DNA from: an uncultured Melioribacter sp.
Lineage (GTDB): Bacteria; Bacteroidota; Ignavibacteria; Kapaibacteriales; Kapaibacteriaceae
Assembly: GCA_964432155.1 (NCBI GenBank)
Contig: CAYSMF010000003.1
Span: forward strand, 34,108 to 98,107
DNA length: 64,000 bases
Reading direction: 5' to 3'
The translations under genes were made by a program, and so were the position numbers. Below the pieces are notes generated by a model. It was not told the origin of the DNA and searched no databases. It saw only the letters and a list, made by a program, of their open reading frames with translations. Below, one piece after another: positions 18,618 through 26,772 of the stretch. Positions within the stretch are counted from its first letter, which is position 1; each line of letters starts with the position of its first letter.

Positions 18618-20750
18618 TTAGTTCTTCGAACGTGGTGTCGATGATGTCTTCCAGATGCCGTCGATGACCTTCGTGTTGTAGACCACTGGGTGCTTGACGC
18701 GAACGCCGGAGAGCCATGTTTCGGTGAGGCGCTTCTGAAGCGCATCCTGATAGGCAGGTGCGAGTTCTGCCAGCGCGTCGTCGAACGACTTTTGTTGCGG
18801 TGCAACCGGACCGTCGTAGCGGATGACGCTCCAGCCAGCATCGATCGGGAATGGACCGATGATGTCGCCAATCTTGGTGGTTGCTGTTACCTTTTGTGCA
18901 AGCTTCGATGACTTCGGTGACTGCGCGAGCAGCACGCCCTTGCGCTCACGTCCACCTTCCCGTTGCGTGTACTCACCTGCGAGCGTGCCAAGATTCTCGC
19001 CCTTGCGTGCGCGCTCGGCAATGGCCTTGGCAAGTGAATCGTTCAGGAGGTAACATTCGGTAAGATTAACCTTCGCTTCCGTCACCCAGCGTGTGCGTGT
19101 CGTGTCGTAAAACGCACGAGCATCGACAGTGTCGAAGCGGAGCTTGCTCCATACTTCCTTCTCTTCAACCTTGAAGAGCAGAATGCCATCATTGAACTCT
19201 TGCATCAGCGATGCGAAGTCTGGGTAGCGTACTTCGAGGTCCTTCGTTGCCTGCTCGAGTGCAAGTGGATCGCTGATCTTGTTGATGGCACGATCGAGGC
19301 CTGCACGGTTAAGCGTGAAACCACGCATGTCGATGCGCAGACGCAACGAGTCGGTGAATTGTCCCACCGTGATTGGACCACGTGGCATGGTGTAGATCAC
19401 CTTGTCGGCGATCAACGGTGTGACCTTCCGAGCCCATGTTGTGTCTTGCGTATTCTTTGTTGAGTCGATGGTGTCGAGGAACAGCGCGAGCACGTCGGCA
19501 TTCCAGCGGTATCCGAGCGCAGTCTTTACCGAATCGAGCACCATGCGCTTGTCTTCTTCGAAGTAGAGGCGACGATACGTGCGCTTTGCTGCATCACGCT
19601 CGACAGCAGCGTCCGGACGCTTGGTTGAATCACGGATGATGATGTGTGTACCGAACAGCGTCTTCACCTTGCCGGAAATCTGTCCGTCCTTCAGCTGGTA
19701 AATCGCTTCTTCGAATGCTGGAACAAGACGTTGTCCGTTTGCTTCCATGCCCCCTGACCGAGAGTAGGTGCTACCAAGGAATCCACCCTTTGCGGCAGAT
19801 GCCTTATCGTCGGAGTACGCCTGTGCAAGATCGGCGAACACGTCGCCCGTGCTGGTGACGCGGCGTGCATTGAGCGCTGCCTGCTGCTGTGCTGGCTTCA
19901 TTGCAAGGATCTGCAGCAGTGAGTCGGCGAGCACATCCGTTGCAACGCTGTCACGTCCATCTTTCGACTGCAGCAAGATGTGACGGAACTTAACTTGTTC
20001 GCGTGGCTCTTCGCGGAAGACCTTGACGATGAAGTAGCCGAAGCGCGACGCAACGGGCTTTGGTGATACTTGTCCGGGCTTGAGCGCATAGGCTTCGTCT
20101 TCGACAGCCTTGATGATTGTTCCGCCCGAAATCCATGGCAGCATGCCGCCGTCTTTCGCAGTCTCCTTATCGTCGGATGAATCGCGTGCGAGCTTTTCGA
20201 AGTCTGCACCTGCGTTGAGCGCTGCGATGAATCGCTCTGCCTTGAGTCGGCTGCCTGTTGTATCCCACTGACGGTTCACGTGGTCGGGAATGGCCGAGAG
20301 GATGATGCCAATCTTGAGTTCCTTCAGGCGACGCTGTGCGAGCAGTTCGACGCGCTTGTCGACAATTGCTTTGTCGTAAAAGAACGTCTCCGACAGAAGG
20401 CGGCGATTGTTCGCGAGATCAACCTTGACTGCTGAGTCCTGATGGATGCCGCGATCTTTCGCATCGGCAACCTTCAAGCGATAGTTCGTATACAGTCGGA
20501 GGAACTCCATCGCCGTGTCACGAGGAACCGACGCAAATGGAGTTTCCCGGCGTGTGAGGTTCTTCTGGAACGCACGCTCAACATCGCCGAGCGTTACCTG
20601 CTCGGAGCCTACGGTAGCGAGGACTGTCGAGGGGGCGATTGTACGCGGTGCATTCTTCTTCGCCTTCTGCGCTGATGCGCCTGAAGTGAGGATGAGGACG
20701 CTCACGAAAAGCGTTGCTACACGAATCGTCGTCATGGCGGACTTCGTCAT
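18618..20750 (-). CDS. Large peptidyl-prolyl isomerase, PpiD/SurA-like
   Basis: Signal or anchor segment MTKSAMTTIRVATLFVSVLILTSGASAQ and parvulin segments (…FRHILLQSKDGRD…, …FGTHIIIRD…). The alternative GTG start is at 20762. Confidence 0.75.
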   Translation of the reverse strand: MTKSAMTTIRVATLFVSVLILTSGASAQKAKKNAPRTIAPSTVLATVGSEQVTLGDVERAFQKNLTRRETPFASVPRDTAMEFLRLYTNYRLKVADAKDRGIHQDSAVKVDLANNRRLLSETFFYDKAIVDKRVELLAQRRLKELKIGIILSAIPDHVNRQWDTTGSRLKAERFIAALNAGADFEKLARDSSDDKETAKDGGMLPWISGGTIIKAVEDEAYALKPGQVSPKPVASRFGYFIVKVFREEPREQVKFRHILLQSKDGRDSVATDVLADSLLQILAMKPAQQQAALNARRVTSTGDVFADLAQAYSDDKASAAKGGFLGSTYSRSGGMEANGQRLVPAFEEAIYQLKDGQISGKVKTLFGTHIIIRDSTKRPDAAVERDAAKRTYRRLYFEEDKRMVLDSVKTALGYRWNADVLALFLDTIDSTKNTQDTTWARKVTPLIADKVIYTMPRGPITVGQFTDSLRLRIDMRGFTLNRAGLDRAINKISDPLALEQATKDLEVRYPDFASLMQEFNDGILLFKVEEKEVWSKLRFDTVDARAFYDTTRTRWVTEAKVNLTECYLLNDSLAKAIAERARKGENLGTLAGEYTQREGGRERKGVLLAQSPKSSKLAQKVTATTKIGDIIGPFPIDAGWSVIRYDGPVAPQQKSFDDALAELAPAYQDALQKRLTETWLSGVRVKHPVVYNTKVIDGIWKTSSTPRSKN

Positions 20751-20806
20751 GAAATGGTACACGATCTAGAAGTGATGGAAAGCAGACGTCGAAGACGCCC
20801 GAACGG

Positions 20807-20814
20807 CAAATTTA
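20807..20814 (-). promoter_or_regulatory. Candidate -7 box TAAATTTG for the ppiD-like/surA-like operon
   Basis: The minus strand reads TAAATTTG, immediately after the murC stop and 44-56 nt upstream of the candidate starts. Confidence 0.45.
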
Positions 20815-20815
20815 G

Positions 20816-22186
20816 TTAGCCAACAAGTGCGGTGGCTACCTTATGGATGTCGCCCGCCCCCATGGTGAGCACCACGTCGCCCTCCCGGAGCATCGGCGCG
20901 AGCTGTGGGGCTACGTCCTCGACAGCCGGAATGTAGTGCACATCGCCGTGCCCAAGGGCGTGGGCGGCATCGGCCACGAGCTTCCCAGAGACACCGGCGA
21001 TTGGCTGCTCACGGGCAGCATAGACGTCAGTGAGGACAACGACATCGGCCTCGGCGCACGCGCTGGCGAAGTCGTCTACGAAATCGCGTGTCCGTGTATA
21101 GGTATGGGGCTGGAACACCGCTACCACGCGGCGTCCGGGCCATCCGTTGCGTGCTGCATCAATCGTGGCGCGGATTTCCGTCGGATGGTGGGCGTAATCG
21201 TCGATCACCAGCACGCCGTTGCGCTCGCCGCGTTGTTCGAAACGACGGTACACACCGCCGAAATCGGCCAGACCGTCACGAATTGTCTCGACGCTGATGC
21301 CACATCGCAGTGCCATCGCGCACGCAGCAAGGGCGTTACGCACATTATGCTCACCCGGCACGTGGAGCGTGATCTCGCCACGATCCACACCGTTCACTGT
21401 TAGCATAAACGTGGTTGTACGTTGCGCATACTGAATGTTCGTCGCGCGCACCGTTGCATCGGCTGATGTGCCGAATGTGACAACGACACGCGAGATCGAC
21501 GGCAGGATGTCGCGCACCCCTTCATCGTCGATGCACACGCATGCCGTACCATAGAACGGCACCTTGTTGGTGAACTCGCAGAACGCTTCTTTAATGTCGT
21601 CGAGGTCGCTGTAGATGTCCAGGTGGTCGGCTTCGACGTTGGTGATGATCGCGATGGTCGGAAGAAGCTGGAGGAAAGAGCGATCATATTCGTCGGCCTC
21701 GAGCACGATCCAATCTCCATGTCCGAGTCGGGCATTTGAGCCCCCTAACCCCTTAAGCTTGCCGCCAACAATCACCGTTGGATCCATCCCGGCCTTCATC
21801 ATCACCAGACCGCACATCGACGTGGTTGTGGTCTTGCCGTGCGTGCCGGCAATTGCCAGACAGTACTTCAGGCGCGACACTTCGCTGAGCATTTCTGCGC
21901 GACGAATGATCGGGATCTTGCGTTCGAGCGCGGCGCGCGTCTCCGGATTTGCATCCGGACGCACAGCGCTGGAATACACCACCACTTCCGCGTCGCCCAG
22001 ATGGTCTGCACTATGCCCAACGCAGATACGCGCACCAAGCGATGCAAGGTGATCGGTAACATCCGTGCGGTGCAGATCCGACCCACTCACGCTGAATCCC
22101 TGCGATAACAGGATCTCGGCGATGCCACTCATGCCAATGCCGCCGATGCCGACGAAGTGAATGTGTCGTACAGAAGAAAAGACCAT
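20816..22186 (-). CDS. murC: UDP-N-acetylmuramate--L-alanine ligase
   Basis: HFVGIGGIGMSGIAEIL and GTHGKTTTTSM P-loop, with Mur ligase middle and C-terminal domains. Confidence 0.96.
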   Translation of the reverse strand: MVFSSVRHIHFVGIGGIGMSGIAEILLSQGFSVSGSDLHRTDVTDHLASLGARICVGHSADHLGDAEVVVYSSAVRPDANPETRAALERKIPIIRRAEMLSEVSRLKYCLAIAGTHGKTTTTSMCGLVMMKAGMDPTVIVGGKLKGLGGSNARLGHGDWIVLEADEYDRSFLQLLPTIAIITNVEADHLDIYSDLDDIKEAFCEFTNKVPFYGTACVCIDDEGVRDILPSISRVVVTFGTSADATVRATNIQYAQRTTTFMLTVNGVDRGEITLHVPGEHNVRNALAACAMALRCGISVETIRDGLADFGGVYRRFEQRGERNGVLVIDDYAHHPTEIRATIDAARNGWPGRRVVAVFQPHTYTRTRDFVDDFASACAEADVVVLTDVYAAREQPIAGVSGKLVADAAHALGHGDVHYIPAVEDVAPQLAPMLREGDVVLTMGAGDIHKVATALVG

Positions 22187-22189
22187 GGG

Positions 22190-22197
22190 CGAAGTTA
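22190..22197 (-). promoter_or_regulatory. Candidate -7 box variant TAACTTCG, 3 nt upstream of the murC ATG
   Basis: The minus strand reads TAACTTCG-ccc-ATG, in the 21-nt gap after the mazF stop. Confidence 0.45.
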
Positions 22198-22207
22198 CGG
22201 TAGCGGA

Positions 22208-22534
22208 CTAACTCAACATCTCTAAAAGCACAGGCAGCCAACGGTCCTCGGGAATGGATCCCATGGGGCGAACGAGTCGCTGTTTGTCCACCGAGCGAAG
22301 CTGATCGAGCAGGATGAATCCGTCTGTCTTCTCGAAGGTGACCCGTGGACGACACCCCAAGGGGTGAGACTTCGATGTGAGTGGAGCGATAATCACGCGG
22401 GGTAGCGCGGCATTCATGTCGCTGGGGGAGACAATGATGGCTGGACGTGTTTTGCGGACCTCAGTGCCGACCGTTGGATCAAGGTTTACCCACCACACCT
22501 CACCTCTGCGGTGCGAGGGCTTCGGCGACTTCAT
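22208..22534 (-). CDS. mazF: Type II toxin, MazF/PemK-family endoribonuclease
   Basis: RRGEVWWVNLDPTVGTEVRKTRPAIIVS… is the typical PemK fold signature. Start re-set to ATG 22534, giving an ATGA overlap with the antitoxin stop. Confidence 0.88.
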   Translation of the reverse strand: MKSPKPSHRRGEVWWVNLDPTVGTEVRKTRPAIIVSPSDMNAALPRVIIAPLTSKSHPLGCRPRVTFEKTDGFILLDQLRSVDKQRLVRPMGSIPEDRWLPVLLEMLS

Positions 22535-22764
22535 TCCCACTCCCAATCGGTGATGCCATCGTCGACGCGAATGCTCTCGAACTCGGCTGCATCGGGCACG
22601 ACGGCGTCGAACCATCCCTTACGGACATCCTGCACAGCGCTGATGATGATGCGATCATCGACGATATCAATCTCTACGGTGTCGGTCATGTTGCACTCCT
22701 TCAGGAACGATGCTGGAATAAGCACGCCACGGCTGTTGCCGATCTTTCGTAAGGAGGTTTTCAT
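22531..22764 (-). CDS. mazE: Type II antitoxin, MazE/AbrB (SpoVT) family
   Basis: MKTSLRKIGNSRGVLIPASFL is a swapped-hairpin AbrB-type DNA-binding motif. 77 aa with an acidic C-terminus. Confidence 0.85.
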   Translation of the reverse strand: MKTSLRKIGNSRGVLIPASFLKECNMTDTVEIDIVDDRIIISAVQDVRKGWFDAVVPDAAEFESIRVDDGITDWEWE

Positions 22765-22798
22765 TGCGGGTAACGTGACGCTGTGTGTGGGGAAGGGT

Positions 22799-22806
22799 CA
22801 AATGTA
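22799..22806 (-). promoter_or_regulatory. Candidate -7 box TACATTTG for mazEF
   Basis: The minus strand reads TACATTTG, 34 nt upstream of the mazE ATG. It is embedded in one arm of an inverted repeat. Confidence 0.45.
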
Positions 22807-22826
22807 CGAACAATGTTAGTACATTT
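22800..22826. promoter_or_regulatory. Inverted repeat AAATGTAC-N11-GTACATTT (candidate MazE/MazEF operator)
   Basis: Perfect 8-bp arms at 22800-22807 and 22819-22826. The repeat overlaps the mazEF -7 box and the stop codon of the upstream hydrolase gene. Confidence 0.4.
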
Positions 22827-23616
22827 CCTCGCGTCGATCAGCGAAAATGTCGTTGATGCTATTGAACGACTTATCGCGGGTTTGCTCGGGGTGGATCTCG
22901 GCGACAATCACCACATCGTCTTCCGCCGAGGCGTCGGTAAGCACGCTGCCGTTGTATCCATAGATAGCCGACTGTCCATTAAATGCCACGTCCTCGCCGC
23001 CGTTGTGTTCCGAGCCGGTACGGTTGGCGACAGCCAGGTAGACCTTGTTCTCGAATGCGCGCACGGGCATGGCCATGCGCCAGATGTGCGTGACGAGGTT
23101 CGACGGACATACGATAAGGTCGGCACCCTTGAGCGCAAGCGCGCGAGCGCTCTCCGGAAACCGCCAATCATAGCAGATCATGGTGCCAATCGTGCAGTCG
23201 AGATGCTCGATGTAGACCGTGAAGAATCCACTGTTGCCGGGTGTGAACCCGAGGGTCTCCTTGTAAAACAGGTGGGTCTTGCGATAGACTAGCGGAGTTG
23301 GAATGCCCTTGCCGGCGATGAGAGCTGCGTTATAGAACTGCGATCCGTCGCGCTCGGCGATGCCGCACACGACAACCTTGTTGTGCTCTGTGGCCGCATC
23401 GATGATGCGCTGATTGTGGATCCCTGTGTCGGGCGCGCGAACTGGCTCGGCAATGCGTGAAACTTCATCAACGCCCAGATGGAAGTACCCGCTAGTAGCG
23501 AGTTCCGGAAACACGATAACATCGGCGTCGATTGCTGCAATGTGATCTACAATGCGCTCCGTGTTGGCATCGAGGTTGCCAAACGTAGGGGCGAACTGGA
23601 CGCAGGCGACGCGCAT
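22816..23616 (-). CDS. Carbon-nitrogen hydrolase (nitrilase superfamily)
   Basis: MRVACVQFAP…VIVFPELATSGY (catalytic Glu) and …GTMICYDWRFPE (catalytic Cys). Start re-set to ATG 23616, overlapping the upstream stop by 1 nt. Confidence 0.85.
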   Translation of the reverse strand: MRVACVQFAPTFGNLDANTERIVDHIAAIDADVIVFPELATSGYFHLGVDEVSRIAEPVRAPDTGIHNQRIIDAATEHNKVVVCGIAERDGSQFYNAALIAGKGIPTPLVYRKTHLFYKETLGFTPGNSGFFTVYIEHLDCTIGTMICYDWRFPESARALALKGADLIVCPSNLVTHIWRMAMPVRAFENKVYLAVANRTGSEHNGGEDVAFNGQSAIYGYNGSVLTDASAEDDVVIVAEIHPEQTRDKSFNSINDIFADRREEMY

Positions 23617-24335
23617 CAGAAGGTTGTCGTGAAGCTGAAGATCGGTGTGTATGGCGTACCGCTGAGTCCGAGCGCCGTGCCATTGCCCATCGCAGGAAGA
23701 ACCGGCTCGGCGAGCTTGAAGATCTGGCTGCTCAAGAGGTGCACGCCGTAGGCGATACCAGCACCAAGCGCATATCCAGCGAGGACGTCCGTAAGGAAGT
23801 GAACACCAAGGTTCATGCGTGCGTAACCCGTCCAGAGCGCCCAGCCGACGGTCGGGACGATGACGTACCACTCAGGGTAGCGCAAGCTCATTGTCGTCGC
23901 AAAGGCTGCCGCACCGGCGGCATGCCCCGATGGCATGGAGCTGAAGTACTTGTCGTTACCTTCTTCGCCGTTGACAATCATGCCGGCATACTTCTGATAC
24001 GGACGTTCCCGGTCGATCGCCATCTTCAGTCCCAGCACGGCGCCATAGGTGATGCCAAGCGTGACGAATTGTTGCAGACCTGTCTCTGCCATATAGCGTC
24101 GGTCGGGCGATGGTGCATCGATCAACGATGCAGCGACGCCGTAGACATACATCGCCGATGGGATTGCAACGTACACTGGCATTGCAGCATCGGAGACAAA
24201 GCGTGATGAATTCTTCGTTGATTCGATCTTGTTGAGGTCGTATCCGATGCGACCTTCCCAACTGAAGGGGTCGATCGACTGTGCTGATGCGGTGATGGAT
24301 GCAAGAGCACAGAGGCTAAGGAGAAGTGTCTTCAT
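23616..24335 (-). CDS. PAP2-family phosphatase (membrane)
   Basis: Signal peptide MKTLLLSLCALASITASA and PAP2 motifs KMAIDRERP, PSGH and …ARMNLGVHFLTD. Start re-set to ATG 24335. The ORF-track extension lies antisense to asd. Confidence 0.8.
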   Translation of the reverse strand: MKTLLLSLCALASITASAQSIDPFSWEGRIGYDLNKIESTKNSSRFVSDAAMPVYVAIPSAMYVYGVAASLIDAPSPDRRYMAETGLQQFVTLGITYGAVLGLKMAIDRERPYQKYAGMIVNGEEGNDKYFSSMPSGHAAGAAAFATTMSLRYPEWYVIVPTVGWALWTGYARMNLGVHFLTDVLAGYALGAGIAYGVHLLSSQIFKLAEPVLPAMGNGTALGLSGTPYTPIFSFTTTF

Positions 24336-24340
24336 GCTCG

Positions 24341-24348
24341 CAAATCTA
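24341..24348 (-). promoter_or_regulatory. Candidate -7 box TAGATTTG, 5 nt upstream of the PAP2 ATG
   Basis: The minus strand reads TAGATTTG-cgagc-ATG. Confidence 0.5.
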
Positions 24349-24358
24349 TGGTGCGACG

Positions 24359-24366
24359 TATTTTCG
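24359..24366 (+). promoter_or_regulatory. Candidate -7 box variant TATTTTCG, 3 nt upstream of the asd GTG
   Basis: TATTTTCG-cac-GTG. It is 10 bp from the divergent PAP2 box. Confidence 0.45.
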
Positions 24367-24369
24367 CAC

Positions 24370-25356
24370 GTGATAAATGTTGCCATTGTCGGTGCCACGG
24401 GTCTTGTCGGCCGCACCATGCTCCGCGTGCTCGAAGAGCGCGCCACTCCACTTGCGTCACTCACGCTCCTCGCATCTGCGCGCAGTGTCGGCACGCAAAT
24501 GACGTTTCGCGGTGAGACGCTTACCGTGCGTGAACTCACAGCAGAGAGTTTTTCTGGAATCGATGTTGCGTTGTTTAGCTGCGGCGGAACGCTCAGCACG
24601 CAGTACGCGCCGATTGCTGCCGCTGCGGGTTGTGTCGTGATCGACAACTCGAGCGCGTGGCGAATGCATCCCGATGTGCCCCTTGTTGTGCCGGAAGTAA
24701 ATCCAGCTGATGCATACACACACAACGGTATCATCGCCAACCCAAACTGCAGCACGATCGAACTCGTTGTTGCGCTGCAGCCGATCATCAAGCGCTGGGG
24801 TTGCCGTCGCCTCGTGGTCAGCACGTATCAGTCACCAAGCGGTGCCGGACAGCAGGGGCTGGATCAGCTAACGGCGGAGTTGGCCGGACGTGAGCCGGAG
24901 CGACGTATTACATCGCATCGTCTGGCAGGGAACACGGTGTTCCACACGATCAATGCCATCAACGAGGCTTCGGAAGAAGAGCAGAAGATGATGCGCGAGA
25001 CGCGCCGCATCCTCCACATGCCAGAGCTGCGCATGGCCGTAACGTGCGTGCGTGTTCCGGTTGTGGGCGGGCATGGCGAGTCCGTCGCAATCGAAACCGA
25101 ACATCCGTGCACGCCCGACGAAGCACGCGCATTGCTTGCAGCAACACCGGGAGTGATGGTGCGCGATGAGCCACACAACAATGTCTATCCCACACCGGTC
25201 GAAGCCGATGGCACCGATCCGGTGTACATCGGACGTATCCGTCGCGACGAGAGCGTCGAGCATGGTCTGCTACTGTGGATTGTTGCCGACAATCTTCGCA
25301 AGGGCGCAGCAACCAATGCTGTGCAGATTCTTGAACTCCTTCAACACACAACATGA
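24370..25356 (+). CDS. asd: Aspartate-semialdehyde dehydrogenase
   Basis: INVAIVGATGLVGRTM Rossmann N-terminus and NPNCSTI (active-site Cys). Start set to GTG 24370, 3 nt after a TATTTTCG box. An in-frame ATG at 24334 would overlap the divergent PAP2 start. Confidence 0.92.
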   Translation: MINVAIVGATGLVGRTMLRVLEERATPLASLTLLASARSVGTQMTFRGETLTVRELTAESFSGIDVALFSCGGTLSTQYAPIAAAAGCVVIDNSSAWRMHPDVPLVVPEVNPADAYTHNGIIANPNCSTIELVVALQPIIKRWGCRRLVVSTYQSPSGAGQQGLDQLTAELAGREPERRITSHRLAGNTVFHTINAINEASEEEQKMMRETRRILHMPELRMAVTCVRVPVVGGHGESVAIETEHPCTPDEARALLAATPGVMVRDEPHNNVYPTPVEADGTDPVYIGRIRRDESVEHGLLLWIVADNLRKGAATNAVQILELLQHTT

Positions 25357-26432
25357 ACTCCTACGTCGTGATCATGGCCGGCGGCTCCGGTGAGCGATTC
25401 TGGCCGCTGTCGCGCATGCGCAAGCCGAAGCAACTTCTTGCACTCACATCATCATCAATGATGATTGAAGAAGCGATCGATCGTATTTCGCCGCTGATTC
25501 CGCATGAGCGCATTCTGATCATCACAAGTGAGCTGCTTCGTCAGCCCCTTGTCGATGCGCTGCCGCAGATCCCTGCAGAGAACGTGATCGCCGAGCCAGC
25601 AAAGCGCAACACGGCGCCTTGTCTTGCGCTCGCATGCAGTGTGATTCGTGCGCGCGAGGCCGGGAACGACGCACTGATGGCGGTGCTCACAGCAGATCAC
25701 TTCATTGGAAATGCTGATGCATTTCGTGCTGATGTGTCGCGCGCGCTGACCTTTGCATCAACGTATGATGCGTTGGTGACGATTGGCATTCCGCCGACGC
25801 GACCAGAAACGGGCTACGGCTACATCCATGTTGGAGAGCCAACAGTTGTTGCTGGCGTGTCGCATGTTGTGGAGTTCAAAGAAAAGCCCGACATGGCAAC
25901 GGCACTCGATTACGTGCGAAGTGGTCGCTACGTGTGGAACAGTGGTATGTTCTTCTGGCGCACCGAAGCATTGCGTGCGGCCATGATTAGTGTGCTTCCC
26001 GACGTTGGCAATGCGATCGACGGACTCACCAATGATCTTGCAACGCAGAACACGCAGCACTTGTCCGAGGTGTTTCATGCACTGCCTGACATTTCGATCG
26101 ACTATGGCGTGATGGAGCGGTCACATAACGTGCATGTTGTACCAGCGACATTCCCGTGGGACGATGTTGGCTCCTGGGATGCACTCGAACGCATGCGTCC
26201 ACTTGACGCTGCGCAAAACGTGATCGATGGCACTGTGACGGTAGTCGACACCGAAGGTTCGATTGTCGTCAACGCCCACGTCAGCACCCACACCGTAACA
26301 ACGGTTGGTCTGCGCGACACGGTCGTAGTGGTTACACCCGACGCAACCATGGTGTGTCCGAAAGATCGCGCGCAGGATGTGAAACGCATCGTAACACAAC
26401 TCCGCTCGCAGGATCGACATGACATCCTCTGA
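25353..26432 (+). CDS. Mannose-1-phosphate guanylyltransferase (nucleotidyltransferase family)
   Basis: VIMAGGSGERFWPLSR signature, 359 aa, no PMI domain. ATGA overlap with the asd stop. Confidence 0.85.
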   Translation: MNSYVVIMAGGSGERFWPLSRMRKPKQLLALTSSSMMIEEAIDRISPLIPHERILIITSELLRQPLVDALPQIPAENVIAEPAKRNTAPCLALACSVIRAREAGNDALMAVLTADHFIGNADAFRADVSRALTFASTYDALVTIGIPPTRPETGYGYIHVGEPTVVAGVSHVVEFKEKPDMATALDYVRSGRYVWNSGMFFWRTEALRAAMISVLPDVGNAIDGLTNDLATQNTQHLSEVFHALPDISIDYGVMERSHNVHVVPATFPWDDVGSWDALERMRPLDAAQNVIDGTVTVVDTEGSIVVNAHVSTHTVTTVGLRDTVVVVTPDATMVCPKDRAQDVKRIVTQLRSQDRHDIL

Positions 26433-26772
26433 GGACGATATCCAGCGGAGCGCGTCGGCAATCATTGCACGTGCGTTCGATCTCGACATCGACGAGCAGG
26501 ATGCGTACAAGCGCATTCGCGATCAAGTGCTCAACCGCATCATCGAACTGCTGACGCGCAATCCCGAGAAGCTGATGGCGATCCTGTATCGCATCGATGT
26601 GCCGGAATCTGTTGTGGCAACAATTTTTGATACGGCTTTGCCGCCAGATGTGCCGGATCAACTGGCCGACCTCGTCATGGAACGTCAACTCGCAAAGGCC
26701 CGAACGCGTGCAGAGCATACACGCGCTTCACAGACAGATGCACATGAAGAACACGGAGACGCGCACGCATGA
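26419..26772 (+). CDS. Hypothetical small acidic protein
   Basis: 117 aa (…KLMAILYRIDVPESVV…). It overlaps the manC-like stop by 14 nt and shares an ATGA with the hutI start. No assignable motif. Confidence 0.5.
   Translation: MTSSEDDIQRSASAIIARAFDLDIDEQDAYKRIRDQVLNRIIELLTRNPEKLMAILYRIDVPESVVATIFDTALPPDVPDQLADLVMERQLAKARTRAEHTRASQTDAHEEHGDAHA

Noticed and set aside
22800-22826. Reading the AAATGTAC/GTACATTT repeat as an intrinsic terminator for the nitrilase-family gene.
   Set aside because: The stem is only 8 AU-rich bp with an 11-nt loop containing the stop codon, and no U-tract follows on the minus strand. Its overlap with the mazEF -7 box fits an operator better.
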